Positions 26,666-39,581 of a DNA stretch of 55,782 nt are shown here, piece after piece. The number at the start of each line of letters is the position of its first letter. The stretch's first letter is position 1. Under the pieces are notes generated by a model that was given only the letters and a program-made list of their open reading frames with translations, did not search any database and was not told where the DNA came from. Both the position numbers and the translations under genes were made by a program. Source of the DNA: Octopus bimaculoides (lineage: Eukaryota); the NCBI RefSeq assembly GCF_001194135.2, contig NC_068984.1, positions 68,989,670 through 69,045,451 of the forward strand, written 5' to 3'.

Positions 26666-27777
26666 CCCAAGATCAGAGATAGAACCTGCTTTTCATATTA
26701 TGTCCACGTACAAGCCTTTCATATGCCTTAACATCTCTTATATATTTATATATATTTTATTACTTTATATATTTTTCTGTATATTATTGTTCACCCTTTA
26801 TAACTGTGCAACTTATACGCGTGTAGTATATAAACCTAATGTATATGTGCGTGCATATATACATGTGTACGAATGATTTTATATAAACACGTGCAAGACT
26901 CTACCTGTTGTAATTATCTCTTTCCTTCATACATACATGTATGTATATATGTTTACATATCTGCATGTGTAGATGTGTCTGACAGGCAGGAGGGTGTATT
27001 TGTGTATTTACATATATAACTCATTTGTATATTCAAGTTTTGCGGCGAAGGTGAATGTTTTTACAGTTTATGTTTTTTGAGTATGTTTTTATTTGTATAT
27101 ACGTTTATCCGCGTATATACGTGCTTGTGCGTATAGACTACGTTTTGTATATCCGTTTATATATGTGTATCTGCGTATAGATATGTGTATATGAACATAA
27201 TGATGCGTGCGTTTATGCGTATGTGTTTTTGTTTGTATATACGTTTTCCGTGTATGTATATGCATGTGCGTATAAACTACGTTTTACATATCTGCGTATG
27301 TACGTGTGTGCGTGTGTAGAGATGTATATATGAGCAGAGTGAAGCGTGCATGGGTATATGTGCGTGGTGCATGTGCGTGTATACGTAGACATATGTATGT
27401 ATATATGTGTGTTTGTTTCTATATATACACGCGCGTGTGAGTATGTATATAGGCATATATATACATACATATTTGTGTGTGCGTATATGTATGTGTGTGT
27501 ATGTGTGCATATGCGGATTCTGTGAATGAAATATTACTTTCACCATGCCTATTGGAGTAATTTCCCTTTATTCAACGTTTTTGTTCATAGCATTTTCTCT
27601 AAATAACTGATGAGATGCCGGAGGAAACTTCAGCCTTGGTATATTATGAGAACCAACTAATTGTCACATATTATATTTATAGATAAATTCCTCTATTTTA
27701 CATAATATCGAGGTATCATCAATTCTTTTGTTGTCATATCATTATTATTAACATATTTACAAATATATATATATCGA

Positions 27778-27867
27778 GAGAGAGAGAGAGAGAGAGGAGA
27801 AACGAGAGAGAGAGAGGAAAAAACGAGAGCGAGAGGAGAAACGAGAGAGAGAGAGAGAGGGGTGAGA

Positions 27868-27903
<36 letters not shown>

Positions 27904-27932
27904 AACGAGAGAGAGAGAGAGAGAGAGAGAGA
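27778..27932. repeat. (GA)n tract with periodic GAAAC interruptions
   Basis: Read directly; gagaggagaaacgagag recurs several times. Confidence 0.92.
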
Positions 27933-28300
27933 TCAGGATTCAAGTGAATCAGGTACTTAGACAGTAAGGCACCGGGTCAGGTCAAAAAGTAAAATATTCT
28001 TGTCCCTACTATTTTGTTGTGGCGGTATTCGTGTCTTATTATCTTTGACTCGTTTATCGTGCTATTGTTTGATAACTCCGCAAGACAATGACTTTGAAAC
28101 GTCTACCATGATGGGAACTCGAACTCATATATATCACGTAACTGACACTGACTACAACCGAGAACTCATACAACGACTCTACTACTATTGACCCTCTACA
28201 ACGACTGACTCCCTAACTTTATAGTAGCTCTCATTACACTTTGTCACGTGGGAAGGGAAGTACCATCTTCACTACAACAATATATATATACGTATATATG

Positions 28301-28376
<76 letters not shown>

Positions 28377-29849
28377 CATACATATATATGTATGTATGCA
28401 CGTATATGTGAGTGTATGTGTATGTATATGTGCATATATGTAAGTGTATATATAAAAATATGTGAAAAGAGACAGGTGGGATTATATAATTCAGAATTGC
28501 ATATTGTTTTCCATTAAGTTACCATTTAAGGTGAATAATTTGTGTATGTATGTATGTATAAGTGTGCTATCTTTCTGTGTTTAACAATTTCATATTCAAT
28601 ATTTTTAGGTTGCTTCCTATAAAAAATTCAGATATTTTAATCTTTCCATTTTCAGGAAGATGTTGATACGTTCATTGTTCTGCTAAAATGTTCTATTTTC
28701 TGTTCAGTAGAAATGTCAATTCTTGTAAACTTGACCTTTGTATTAATTCATTGTCAACTAAAGAGGTACTTTATATCTTCAGTAGTGTGTTTTTTTGTTT
28801 TTGTTTTTTTTTTAAGATCAGCAGGTTTGACACAATCGGTAACTCTTTTCTATCTGAAAGGGCAAAAACAATTTATTTCTCACAGCTCGAATGTTTTCAG
28901 AAGAATATTTTCTCTCCAATTTACTGTGTGCCAGTTCACTTACAAAGTGATAGTTTTTTGAAAATTTAATTACATTAATTATTGCACTTGTCATTGTAAT
29001 ACCTAATAAATATTCTCCGTAGTTATAGTAAGCAGCATGTAAAGAAATGTTGTCAACAACCTGTATGTTACTTTAGTTTATTCTATATTTACCAAAGAAT
29101 AGTCGTTATACTGAACGCAACAGTGGTACAAAAGTGGCACAAAACAGTGGCACAAAAGCTTAATTCTAAGTTAATTCCATTTAATTTATCCCTGAATCTG
29201 ACTTATTTTATCCTGTCGAGAAATATGAAAATGATTTGATTTCAGAGTAGAAGAAAACATTACCACATTCATTGCGTTGCGCTTATTGGTTTACCATTCA
29301 CTGCCTCTCTTAGTTGCAAAATTATATACCATAGCATTTAGCTTTGTAACATAGCAGAAAGAAAAATAATTATAGGCAATATTTTGAGAATGGCGTAGAA
29401 CGCTATTTGTATTGCTGAGTGTTGTATTCCTAATTATTATTTTTCAAGTATTTGTCTTGCTTTGTCATATATGGAGTGCACAACAACCATGGTTGTTGGT
29501 CTTCCCATGTTCACAATATCGACATGAACAACTAAGTTTAAAGAGACTCGATGAGACATTCGTAATCACGTTTTGCGTAAGATTCAACAATTAAAGAAAA
29601 GGAAAATAAATGAACTTTGGTGTGTGATTAAACAGCGTGATGTTCTTCAAATGCAGCAGAAACGGCATCGAATTCAAAAGGTAGCAACAGTCTTTTGAAC
29701 ATCATGTTTCTCGTAAAGACATTGAAGATCTTAAGAAGAGGAAAGAATTAATGTTACACTTTTCTTGCATAAAACATCTAAGACCTTTATGAAACTGCCT
29801 CACGATGATAACGAAGAACAGGATAAGAACAAATATTAAGTAAGTTATG

Positions 29850-30150
29850 CGCTTTAATATATTCCTAATACCTAGAAGAAAAAAGATTTATGAGCAGCTC
29901 ATATTCCCTGGTAATATGCAGTGTATAAGTGAATCTGTAAACCAGTTTAATACACGTTTAAAGAACCAAGCCAAATCTGCGTTGCTAGATGTTGGGTATC
30001 AAAATTTTGGAATGGTAATTGGTAAGATTGTTGAAAGAATAATTATTGTAACAAGATAAAATTTAAAATTCCTGAAATTTGAAAGAATATCAATTTACGT
30101 GTAGACTTAAACATGGTAACAACAACTTTAGAAATAATTTGTATTCAAGC
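29850..30150 (+). mobile_element. Ty3/Gypsy gag-like remnant
   Basis: IPRRKKIYEQLIF...SESVNQFNTRLKNQAK...MVIGKIVERI resembles PKKNxxYERYxF...GESVDQFxTRLRxLAK...MIRDRIV. Confidence 0.5.
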
Positions 30151-31006
30151 CAGGAAATACTTAAAAAAGAAGTGTAACTGTAGAAAATTACACGCAGTGC
30201 GCAAATGATATTAAAATAAATATGGACTTTGAAGCACATGGTTTTCTTATATACACTGAAGAAATATTTCCGTTACAATCATATTAATCGCATAGTCTGA
30301 GATATTTATTATCCAGTAGGGAATACTTTATCCATCAGATGTAAATTCGTATGATAGTTTGCAGTGCGCTTCAATTTCAACTGATTCCGTTACATTATTA
30401 ACGATTAAGTGATAAAAAAAATATACTACGTGAAGCATAGAAGGTTCACGATTATACATGTTAACATACTGCAGATCTTCAAAAGCATTGTGTCATTCAC
30501 CTTAATGGGGTTACATCAGATGAAGGTAAATTGCTAGAGATACTAATTCCATTATATTTTTTGATATATCAGTAACGATATAACTAATAATTATGTAACA
30601 GAAGTCTAAAGTACTAGTTTTAAGCCGGATGATGGTTTAGCACCATTGCATAATGACTTTGGAGAAAGATCAGTTGTCGTAAGGATTAAGTGATTTTTTT
30701 ATTGAGCAGACAGGATAAAAATCGCACGTAGACTGATGTAGTGATGTTAAATTGCCGTTCGGCTTAACATCACCACATCAAGATTCTTGGGTGTCTTTAA
30801 CGAAACTCACTCCGTTGTAAAGATTCGCATTACGTTACTTGTATGAGGATATCTCACAACAGACAGGCAAATTATGGTCCATTCACCACTTTTCTCGCAA
30901 CAACCAATGAATCTGTGCATAAAGTTCATGGGTGCTGATCTTTCTTGTATGATTAAGCCGTTACAACATACTATAATGTATTCTGCTGGCAATATTTGTC
31001 TACAAT

Positions 31007-31183
31007 AAGGCGGTGAACTGGTAGAACCGCTAGCACGCCAGCTTTTATGTTCTGAGTTCAATTTCTACCGAGGTTGACTTTACCTTTTATCAACTCGAGG
31101 TCGATAAAATAATACCAGTTGAGCACTGAGATCGACGTAATTCTAGAAACTGCTCGCCCTGTGCCAAACTTTGAAAGCGATAT
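31007..31183 (+). mobile_element. SINE with internal deletions
   Basis: aaggcggtgaactggtagaaccgctagcacg...gagttcaatttctaccgaggttgactttaccttttatc...gccctgtgccaaactttgaaa. Confidence 0.75.
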
Positions 31184-34100
31184 TTGTCTGCTAACGTTTC
31201 TTAATTGAATAACGTCAACGATTTTGCAGTAATGTAATCAGAGGAGATTCAGCGCTTACGGTTGGTGTCTTTATAAGAAAAAGCATGGGTGAGAAGGTCT
31301 TTGAGAAAGTTTCAGTTCTGGAGAGAAATAGTTATAGGAAGTGTTACATGGGATGTCAACGGCTTGTGATATAACACAAGTGATAAAAATTCGGGAGATA
31401 TGTGAGACTGAATATCATGCGTGAAGATAGTTTGCAGCTGAGAAACAGAGATCATTTTCATAGTTATAAAAATGAGTGAGCGGGGAAACAGTACGTCTGT
31501 TTGAGATGGATGCATTTCTAATCAAACGAATTACTTTTTACTAGATTCAATCAAGTGAGTGTAGCAGCCGTACCGCAGATGTTCATTATACGTGCGTATG
31601 AAACTTGAGAATTTTAGGGTGTCAGCTGATCAAGTCAGAAGTAATTATTGGTTGTAAGGAAAGATATTTATGGTTCAACCACTGTGTATATATAATGTCA
31701 CCATGAGAGCGCATCAGAGACCCGTAAGCTAAATATTCATAGCAAAGAGCATTGATGCTATACTAACGAAAATGTGAAAAAAAAAAGGAAATAAATTGAC
31801 ATTATTCTCAAATCATTCAAATATCAGGACAGGTTTGATTCTAAACAAATTTCTACTGTTAAACAATGTGATGAAAATGCATCGTAGGAATGATCAGTTG
31901 ATGTCGTGTTGGTTTTCAGTCCCTGGTAAACTATGATCAAAAGGACTTTTGATCAAAGATTTTTTTATGCAGAGACTATCATATTTTTTGTTTGAAGAGC
32001 AGTATATATAACACATCGAGTTCTTTTGTAATTTGACTATTATTTTTAGCAGTTAGGACGAACACATAGAAGCACCTCCATTTATTTGACAGTATATTTG
32101 ATAATTGATGGATCAATATTTACCTTAAAAAAGGATGTACATACTCATTTACATATCAACCCATTTGATCAATATTATATGAATAATATATTTAATTTCT
32201 TCAGTGAATTTAGAAAATTTTCAACTAGCATTACTTATTGATGGAATGGTATTTTTCTCCTCTTCTAACATGCTTTCCTACAGAACAGATTCTCAGCGTC
32301 GTAAAAGTAGACTTCTTGTTTTAGCTGATCTTGTACCATTTGCTATAATTTATCGAACCGAAGTATTCAATTCTTCTGATAGTTCTCTTCTATATGTGTA
32401 AAAGAAAAATTAGGTAAATTTGAGATTTTGCAAATATCCAAAGAGCATAGGAAGCTTTCACTTGGCATAGGCACGTTTTTATACGACGTCTGATGAAATG
32501 CTGGCGCGAGAAGAAGGGAGAAAGATAAGTATAGAGTTGATATTAGACGAAGATTCTATGACATACAAATGTCTGAAGAAGACTAGGAAATTATAATCAG
32601 ATTGTATCAGAGTAAAAGGCAAGGTTTTTTGAGTTTTCCGTAAGCTCGAAATGTATGAGAATTGCTCTGACGTTATAAATCATATGGATAATAATGTTGT
32701 ATTTGATTCTACGCAAGTTTGACATGAAACAAACGCGAAAATTGTATTACACCTATTCGAAAACCAGGAATTAATATAAAATAGAGATGCATGTGAAATC
32801 GAATTTAAAGTAGTATAGTTTATGCGCCACACTATTTTTGGCTTTTCTCTAACAATTTCACTAACAAGTGAAAACGAAATGAAAGCTATTACATGAGTTT
32901 GACTTCAGAAAGATGTGAGTGAATTGAGTGAATATTTGGGGTCGCGTACAATTTCTGCGCAAGAATTTATCCAATTTGTAACGAATTTGTCTATATTGCT
33001 AAGACTTTTTAATATATTGTTGTGTAAAAACTCTGTGCAAGAATAGCAATTAGCTCAAATAAATGCTCTCCAACAAATCAATAACGAATTGTCCAATTTT
33101 CTCCAGAATTTCTCAAATAAAGCTTTTACTCTCTGTGCTATACTAGTGATTTTAAGTGATGTATTATTACAGAAAGAAAATGATCTTGAAAATAGTACAT
33201 GTTTCACAAGTCGAACACTAATACCTATTATTCATAAAGTGAACAAGAAGAACTTGCTCTAGTGAAGCTGTACGAATATCATTACATATATATTAATAGC
33301 ACTGAATTTTATACCGAAACACAACACAAATCTCTTTTGAGCATATTTTCAAGATGGTAAAGCACACTAGGCAATAGTTGAATAGTAGGTTTTGATGTAC
33401 TATCAATTTACGATTTTCTTTATATTTTAATACAGATTCTTTCTAAAATGTTTGTTCAGTCTTATATCTTACCATACATAATAGGGACATTTAAAATATG
33501 ACTGTGTGTAACATATTGTGTTATTTTAAAAACACATTATGCCAAAGTACAATTATTATCAAATTTTGTAAATACTCCTACTTATCTAAGTGGTCCTCAG
33601 ATCTCAACAAACCGAGAAGTAATTGAGATTTGAATCTCTTGCTGTGAAAAGAATTAATATTTTATGTCAATAATTTTTTCATTTAGAAATAACTAATGAA
33701 ATATAATCTACATAAGTCATTAAAATTAATTACATATACAAAATCCATGTCGAAAAGTGGAATTAATCAAGCAGACGTAATACTATATGAAATGTGTATT
33801 ATATTTACAGTTGTCAATAGGGTAACAAAGTTTATCTACCTCGCAATTTAGCATCATCATTTAGTTCACAAGTGCAATTAATGGAATACACTTTCTTTAA
33901 TGTCTTAAAATCATTTTGCTTCGATATAAATTTCTCCTTCCTTCCCACGAGTTTCAGACGCCTGATCAGGGTCGTGGATTCTGTATTTCCCCTTGTAAAT
34001 CCATTAAAATTTGATAATATTTATTTTTGTGATCTTAATACCCCTTGTGTTTTTATTGTGAAGAAATCCTGTAGTCGGATATTCAAATGTCATCGAGAAA

Positions 34101-34663
34101 GCATGAGTATTTGAAGCACTAATGGCACACACTTAACATTAATATCCAAATTAATTGTACACTGTTTTAAAGTTTTCAACAGTTTTGGCAACAAGTAAAT
34201 TAGCTTTAAAATAAAATCCTTTTGAATAACCTATGAATGAATGCTTTAGATAAAAGCAGTTATTGAAATACCCGTCATGCAACAACTGAATGAGCACATT
34301 TTGCCTTAGTCTTAGATTACTTGCAACATTATATATAGAGAGAGTAATGATTATTTGCCAACGTAATGTAGTAGTCCTGATTTGGACGAATGCTACTGCT
34401 ATTTAGCCCCAGAAAACATCGTCTCCAGCTGGCTATCGATGCACTATCAGCGTCTTTATATTTCCGAACAAGGGAGCTCAAAACAATATCTGCGTACCAA
34501 TAGTTTATGGGTTATTTCGCTTCATCAGCACAGAATAATTTCCTGGCTATAGATGGTGACACTAGACTCTTGTTCGAAATATATATTTTCAAACCGACAC
34601 ACTGTTACTGATCTCATAAACAGAAAATGTTTTCAATTTATATTTATGCATGTGTGTGTGTAT

Positions 34664-34696
<33 letters not shown>

Positions 34697-36831
34697 TATA
34701 CGGGCCACCTATATTATAATATATTTAATATATTATATTCATTTTATACTATATAAATGTGTATGTATGCATGTATGTGTGCATAAACTAAAGGCACAAA
34801 TATAGAGGTCGCAAAGGGTACCAATCAGCACCAGTATTGCTAGAAATAAGAGTCAAAGCAACTCAATAGCCACGGAAAGCAATATCTTAATAACTGACAA
34901 GGGAGATAATGTCCTACAGCAAGGGACATAGCCACATCATCGATGATTTCGCATTTTAATGCTCACCAGGAGCTCTCACAGCGCCTAGGTTTAAACTCAG
35001 TTCGCCTTTTCAGTTTATAAGATTTCCGTTGAAATCACACGCTGATTTCATAAACTGTAAAACAGAAAATTATAAATAATATGGAGGACCTTATTCGGAA
35101 TTTTACAACCGAAAAGCAGAAGTATAGACGTCACTAAGGTCACAAGGGGTACTACTCAGCACGAGTATTGTTAGAAATATCTTCATGACTAGTTTCTGAC
35201 AACAAGGTAGTATATATATATATAATTATAATAAGGGTAACTACATGTTAGTACCACTTGCTAGAAGAAGATGTGAGAAGAATGGATGTGGCAGTACCAT
35301 GTAGTTGCTCTTGCAATCATTATTAAAAAATGACATACTCTGCATTAATTTGTATCTAAAATGTTTTATGTGCTAGCTACCTGTATAGATTTTATCCTTT
35401 TATATATATATATATATATATATNNNNNNNNNNNNNNNNNNNNNNNNNNNNNNNNNNNNNNNNNNNNNNNNNNNNNNNNNNNNNNNNNNNNNNNNNNNNN
35501 NNNNNNNNNNNNNNNNNNNNNNNNNNNNNNNNNNNNNNNNNNNNNNNNNNNNNNNNNNNNNNNNNNNNNNNNNNNNNNNNNNNNNNNNNNNNNNNNNNNN
35601 NNNNNNNNNNNNNNNNNNNNNNNNNNNNNNNNNNNNNNNNNNNNNNNNNNNNNNNNNNNNNNNNNNNNNNNNNNNNNNNNNNNNNNNNNNNNNNNNNNNN
35701 NNNNNNNNNNNNNNNNNNNNNNNNNNNNNNNNNNNNNNNNNNNNNNNNNNNNNNNNNNNNNNNNNNNNNNNNNNNNNNNNNNNNNNNNNNNNNNNNNNNN
35801 NNNNNNNNNNNNNNNNNNNNNNNNNNTGATTATATATATATATCTGTAAAATATGTGACACTTATTCGGTTTCGGATGCCGGGGTGGAAACCCACGCCAC
35901 CATCTCTTCAGTTATCTGGCTGGCCATTGAAAGTTCCTATGAAAATGACCCCTCATTTATATATATACTATCTAGTTTAACTATAAAATTTATGAATCTA
36001 AGAATATACAACACAATGAAGTTGTTGAATATTTTGAAAGATAAAGCATATTGTGACAAACAAAAAAGCAGTACATCTTTTAATCGTAAATTAAATTGTT
36101 TTCAAGAAAAAAAAAAACAACAATACATTAAATTCCAAACCACACTATCTCTGTGAGAAGTTTCCAGCGAACGAAGATCAAAGATAAAGTATTCATAGTT
36201 AGGATGATGAATGAGGAAAAGCAAACTAATGACGAGACAAGTCATTTTTCAAGAAAAATGATATAAATATCAAAGTTTATTTAAATAAAAATTTTAACAC
36301 ATCATCAATTGTCAATCTCCTCTATTACACGTTTACAGACGATGTGATATATAGAACGAATGCCACTTCACAGCGAACCACGCAAAACCATTTGATCACG
36401 CAGTTATCCCCAAGAAAACAATGCAATTGAATTCCCACAGATCCGCACACAGATTTTCGCGATGAAGAAGTTAACACTCAAATCACGTATTTGTACACAT
36501 GAGAATTACAGTGTAAGTATATTTGTGTGAATATGCCCTCCTGTGTATTACGCACGCGCGCAAACACACACTCACACATGCATACACACAGTTAAAATAT
36601 ACTTGTGACATATTTCAGCTTATAAAGACAAATTACAAGTTACCGCGAAGAAAACATTCTCCCTTATGGTAAAAAGGAGTAAAAGCTCCATATCTATCCA
36701 GTGCTGCCCCTTGCCGGATACCTAAATATGTTTCTAGCTCTTTAACCGTTATCAATGGGAAATACCGAAGAGTGGTAACTCTGAACAGACTTAAAGCCGT
36801 AGCTAAAACACACTAACACACACATATGTAT

Positions 36832-36869
<38 letters not shown>

Positions 36870-39331
36870 GTTAATTCTCTAAATGAAGTATTAACAGTAA
36901 CTGCACGATAAAGTGTAGTATATTGCCACTTAAGTGTGGCTGACCCCTAGGGGTGGATGTTACNNNNNNNNNNNNNNNNNNNNNNNNNNNNNNNNNNNNN
37001 NNNNNNNNNNNNNNNNNNNNNNNNNNNNNNNNNNNNNNNNNNNNNNNNNNNNNNNNNNNNNNNNNNNNNNNNNNNNNNNNNNNNNNNNNNNNNNNNNNNN
37101 NNNNNNNNNNNNNNNNNNNNNNNNNNNNNNNNNNNNNNNATATATATATATATATATATATATACATAAATACATATCCATGCTTATATATATATACATT
37201 AATAATTACTTATTGCTGTGTGTATATATATGTGACAGTGGATTATCATCGATGAGTCCATGAACCTTCGTTCTTTTCCCTAAAACTACATATATATACA
37301 TATATATATGTATTAATATATGTGTGTGTATGTCTAAATTGCAAAATTGGTGACTGATACCGCCATCATTTAGAATTCCATAGACACGAAAACACCTGCA
37401 TAATCGATCAAATGTCTACTATATGTGAAAACGTATCTGCATTTCTCTCCACATTAGTCTTTTAGTGGTCAATGGTAAACTTGATTCCAACTTGATGAGT
37501 AAATGTCTCGGGATGACAGTCACTGAAAACTGCTAAAATGAGTCACTATTGTTGTATGAAGGCGCTAAGAGGATGTTCGCAAAGAGTTAATTTCTCGATT
37601 TCCCCTGACACAATTTTTGTGGGTTGATCTGTTGGAAACATCCAAGATAAATACTTATTAAGTGGCTGAAAAGTTTATATGGAGAACTATCTATCCTCTC
37701 TGCACTGGAGGAAAAGGAGGAGTAAAGCAATTTTGATAAACACTTCACTCATATAAAGTTTATATGGCTATAATATTTCTATCGTCTGTAAGATGCTATA
37801 CAATTTTCCAGCTACATACAAATGCCACAAAACTCTTAAGAAACGTAATGTTTGGATTAGCTCTCCTTGTCTGGAACGGACATATTACTACCAGTTTCAT
37901 GTACCACAACCGGAAACATACAGTTGTCCAACAGCTCCGCCACATGCAAATGCTAAAATTAAGCTGCTTAACTACAGAGAGGGATTTGTGTTTCTAAAGC
38001 GACACCCACTACAGAAGAATTATAGGCTAATAAATACTAACTACTTCAAGTGATGGCATTATCAGCAGCTACACGCATTTAGGCCTCGGGACAGGGGAGA
38101 CGCTAGTGCTACCTACTATTATAAATATAGTAACGTGGAGACCAATGATATGACTACCCAAACCCACATATAACTCGATATATTTTTTATGCTGCATAAT
38201 CCAGGGGTTTGGTATATTGTAGCTCTTGACTGTCTGAAAAAACTGCATGTACTAACGCATTCCACAGGATCCTTCGAGAAGTAATACAATTTGAAATTTT
38301 ATTTGCTGTCACAGGAGTACGTTTCTCTTGTGCCAGTTTCAAATGAATAACTTGAAAATAATATCAGGGAGTAAGTAGATCTCTTGGAAACTTAAGTTAA
38401 TCTCGATCCCTGTTGTTTCTTTTGGATCCTAGCTGCTCCTTGACCCTTCAGTAGAATCTTGCAGAGACTTCCGACAACAGTTACTAACAGTCTCCTATAT
38501 AAGTCTTAGCTTGTCCACAAGAACCTAAGTTGCAGTTGACCAATCACATGTCGTCTTCTGATTTGAACGTGGTTGAGGTTACACATTAGTTAATGCTTTC
38601 AAGCTTGTGAAACACAGGCAAATGGCTATGTGAGCCAAAATTACCCTTACAAGCATCAACTTTGTGTTAATGCACCAGTATTGCCTTTCATTTGATGTTT
38701 GTTGAAGTTGAAGCAGGTGTCGACGGTTGTTCTCTGGTATATAGATGATCAGTGTGCCTTTATCTTAATGGTAAGTTAGTTTAGGAGAATACTTGTCTCT
38801 CGATATCATATCCATTTCTAATTTCAATTTAATGTGTTTCTTCTAGAATCTCTGGAAGCTAAAATAGTTCCAATAAAAACGCATCAACTCTGTATGCATT
38901 TAATACACCCCTATTCGACCTTGCTGTACAAACGCTTGGCACTGGCGAAAGCTAATTTTTGTTTTATATATAATTATTTTATATCGACACTCCATAAAAG
39001 TATTAGAACACAGGCTACGTTTTGATTAACTACCCCGAAGGGCCAGCATAACAAAGAACACCAAATAGGTATCTTTAATTGACATAGAATTGCGAATTTA
39101 AGATTTAGTGTAGTGTGTAGTAGAACTTTAACTTGCGGACGCCACTTCATTCTCTTAGTCAGTAACTATATATCATCTAGTTCAAGCAGAACTAGAAAGT
39201 AACAAGAGAAAGAGGAGAATCACAAACACGAGAATATGCCTGATATGGATAACTGAATGAGAACAATTTATAATTGTGGATTCAATAAAAGTTGTGTTGG
39301 AAAGGAAGTTCAGAGAAATTTCTCGAATATA

Positions 39332-39383
39332 ACAGATACCTAAAGAAGGCCGGAGTCTAATATGGCCGACACGTTGTCACTGT
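39332..39383 (+). ncRNA. Degenerate minimal type I hammerhead ribozyme motif (probably inactive)
   Basis: acagatac / CTAAAGA a / ggcc...ggcc / GACA / cg-t-t / gtcactgt. Helix II ggcc:ggcc, palindromic ACGT helix III, helix I 6 of 8 pairs. Both core boxes carry one substitution. Confidence 0.6.
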
Positions 39384-39581
39384 AACAACTAGATTGAGGT
39401 CACTCGCCCGTAAACAGCCATGTTGAAGTTGCGATATTCATTACTTTCAGTATAGTTACAGTTTTCATTTCTTATAGATATTTTCTAACTAGCTACTTTA
39501 CTTGTTGCATGATCAGTGACTGCTTGTGACTTATTTTTCTATATACTGCGAGCTGGCGCGTACTACTTGTATCTCTAGTAG

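Noticed and set aside
27085-27300. ~135-bp imperfect duplication within TA/TG-rich DNA
   Set aside because: Consistent with ordinary slippage in low-complexity sequence.
27607-27632. ctgatgag...gaaac motif (also ctgatga at 34523 minus, 53314 and 55724)
   Set aside because: Helices I and II cannot be formed or GAAA is missing.
29481-29498. 18-bp perfect palindrome caacaaccatggttgttg (also 16-bp ggtagatatatctacc at 11514-11529)
   Set aside because: Roughly at chance level for this length of low-complexity DNA; no context.
31545-31554. 10-nt segment between a tag acceptor and gtgagt donor (plus strand)
   Set aside because: Not frame-preserving; such signals are expected by chance in 55 kb.
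32566-32601. CTGAAGA...GAAA-ttataa-TC hammerhead-like string
   Set aside because: No helix II, and AT-only palindromes are common here.
36700-36805. VINGKYRRVVTLNRLKAVA, resembling a Gypsy integrase tail
   Set aside because: Too short to call as a feature.
37760-38800. GC-richer block with fragmentary open frames, possibly an old retroelement
   Set aside because: No diagnostic RT, endonuclease or transposase motif found in any frame.
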